Shown in pieces: positions 13,292-14,790 of a stretch of 14,790 bases of DNA. The notes beneath the pieces are model-generated. The model ran no database searches, was not told the DNA's origin, and saw only the letters and a program-made list of their open reading frames with translations. Each line of letters starts with the position of its first letter. Position 1 is the first letter of the stretch. Origin of the DNA: Fibrobacterota bacterium (GTDB lineage: Bacteria > Fibrobacterota > Fibrobacteria > UBA11236); contig JAYUVP010000312.1 in assembly GCA_043753995.1 (NCBI GenBank), forward strand, positions 1-14,790. Direction: 5' to 3'. The position numbers were made by a program, and so were the translations under genes.

Positions 13292-14790
13292 TTCAGGCTG
13301 AATCTCAAGCTGACATTGTGGCTGCTCGGAAAGCGATTCGCCACGGGCTTATCCGTTTCGCTGACTTGAAACAAATAGCCAAGCTCCATGAAACGGCTCA
13401 AGGATAGGCGTATGTCCAATTCGAAGTTGCTCAATTGCAATTTGTCTGGTTGGGCATCAGGCATGAAAAGTTCGGTGCGCAAATCTAAGGTCAAAATATT
13501 GGTGAGTCTTATTCGGCCATTGATAAGGGTTTCCAGGCCGACCGTGCTTTGCGATTCGGAGCGGTATAACTGGGTGGAGGTTAAGGGGAAATAATCTCCG
13601 TCGGAGATATGTTGATGCGCGGCAAGCCCCACTTGAGTTGAAAGTTCGATGAAGTTGAAGTTGAGCACATCCAGATTGACGCCCAGGCCTTCGGAGAGGT
13701 GAAGAGGGAAAAATGAAGGTTGGTAGAGGAAATCCCGGGATGAATCCGCATAGAGAGTGTCGAAACGAGCCGCGCCTGAGGAGTCGGGCACAACCCTTCC
13801 GATTTGCACCGTGTCGGCGCTAGCATAGCGTGAGAAAAAATGCGTGGAGACCTGGGCGCGCACATAAGGTCCGAACCAAGTCGTGATGCGCCTAACCCAA
13901 GTCGTTCGGGCTTGCGCTTCGTCCGCGTCGACGCTGAGCGGGGTATTCTTTTTTTTGACGAGATTGTCGCGCATTGAGAATTCGCTGATGCCGAAAAAGG
14001 TCGCCCTATCATAGCGCGCCCGCATTCTCACGTCTGAAGACCATTGTCCCGATTGGCGCAGACTGTCGAAATCGTCGACCGTGCTGATGAAGGAAAGATT
14101 TCCCCCCGCCCGCATGCCGAAAGTCCAATTGCGACCCACCACCGTACGGGCATTCAGGGCTTTGAGTCCTCCCGATACAATCTCGCTCTCCGAATTCTTG
14201 TTGGCGAAAATAAGCTCAATCGTACGCAATTCTCCCGCCGGTACTTCGACCGTGATATAGCTGCGCAAGGAACTGGCTGGATCGCCGACCTTGCCGAGGC
14301 GATACACCCCCGGCGGCAGAATCCATACCTTGATATCCTGTAACCTTTCATCTTCGAAGCCTCGCCCACGGCCATACCAGGCAATGCGATCGATGCGAAT
14401 CACCTCGTATTGGCCCTCAAAGTATTCACCATCAGCGGTGAGAGTTTCCACCAAAAGGCCGCCCCAGGTGGGGTGCACGACTTCGGTGTGACCTTCTTCC
14501 ACATGAACCGTGCGGCGTAATTGCTGGCGCTGGGCTCCCGATCCCACGCGCACTTCGTATTGTCCCGAATCGACAAGCAAGCGATTCCCCGCTAGCCCGG
14601 TCTTGATCAATTTTCCCTGGGTATTGTAGACACCGACTTCGGGCTCACGACGGGATTCCGTGAAGGAGGGAATGAAAATGGCGCCTTTGGAAACCGTGAG
14701 TAAGTTGCGATCCCTATTGAGTTGCTCGCCAATGGAAGGGGCCAACCAGGTCGCCGAGGCATCGGTGGGCGTTGCCACCGTCTGGTTTCG
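13285..14790 (-). CDS. Probable outer-membrane beta-barrel protein with N-terminal beta-sandwich domains, 5'-partial
   Basis: The frame is open to the window edge. The C-terminal ~280 aa is rich in alternating amphipathic strands (WTFGMRAGGNLSF, FGPYVRAQVSTHF, LSEGLGVNL, ELSTQVGLA, LDIRLSLSRFMELGYLFQ) and ends SLRFSLNY with a terminal aromatic (BAM beta-signal-like). The N-terminal part has two GxY-containing repeats (SGQYEVRVG, PGVYRLG). Overlaps the GT stop by 7 nt. Confidence 0.65.
   Translation of the reverse strand, partial: RNQTVATPTDASATWLAPSIGEQLNRDRNLLTVSKGAIFIPSFTESRREPEVGVYNTQGKLIKTGLAGNRLLVDSGQYEVRVGSGAQRQQLRRTVHVEEGHTEVVHPTWGGLLVETLTADGEYFEGQYEVIRIDRIAWYGRGRGFEDERLQDIKVWILPPGVYRLGKVGDPASSLRSYITVEVPAGELRTIELIFANKNSESEIVSGGLKALNARTVVGRNWTFGMRAGGNLSFISTVDDFDSLRQSGQWSSDVRMRARYDRATFFGISEFSMRDNLVKKKNTPLSVDADEAQARTTWVRRITTWFGPYVRAQVSTHFFSRYASADTVQIGRVVPDSSGAARFDTLYADSSRDFLYQPSFFPLHLSEGLGVNLDVLNFNFIELSTQVGLAAHQHISDGDYFPLTSTQLYRSESQSTVGLETLINGRIRLTNILTLDLRTELFMPDAQPDKLQLSNFELDIRLSLSRFMELGYLFQVSETDKPVANRFPSSHNVSLRFSLNY

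Noticed and set aside
1..14790. CRISPR arrays, tRNA/rRNA, riboswitches, IS elements, toxin-antitoxin or anti-phage genes
   Set aside because: No regularly spaced repeats, cloverleaf or recognisable aptamer cores in the short intergenic regions, and no ORF with such motifs.

Overview
A housekeeping-rich window from a diderm (lipid A-making) bacterium; an FCB/Fibrobacterota-like origin is only a guess from gene content. Left to right: a 5'-truncated modular glycoside hydrolase (two CBM11/CIA30-like modules plus a GH51-like clan-A domain), a single-RRM RNA-binding protein (-) with a structured 3' UTR, an lpxC-fabZ-lpxA operon (+), a 143-aa hypothetical (-), ppdK (-) with a Lys/Ala histone-H1-like tail, a divergent RIC/YtfE-type hemerythrin-domain protein (-), pdxB (-) back-to-back with a serine acetyltransferase (+), a GT4 glycosyltransferase (+), and a 5'-truncated probable outer-membrane beta-barrel protein (-). 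I saw no mobile element, CRISPR array, tRNA/rRNA or defence system, and no complete new multi-gene system is evident. The most interesting signals are small: (1) lpxC ends in CCC-TGA, where a +1 slip lands exactly in the fabZ frame and would give an LpxC-FabZ fusion; (2) a recurring CTTGnTAnnnT promoter motif before four genes, including a symmetric 50-bp bidirectional promoter and probable leaderless mRNAs; (3) an FNR-like palindrome with a 5-nt spacer at about -42 of the hypothetical gene's predicted promoter; (4) the H1-like tail on PPDK.
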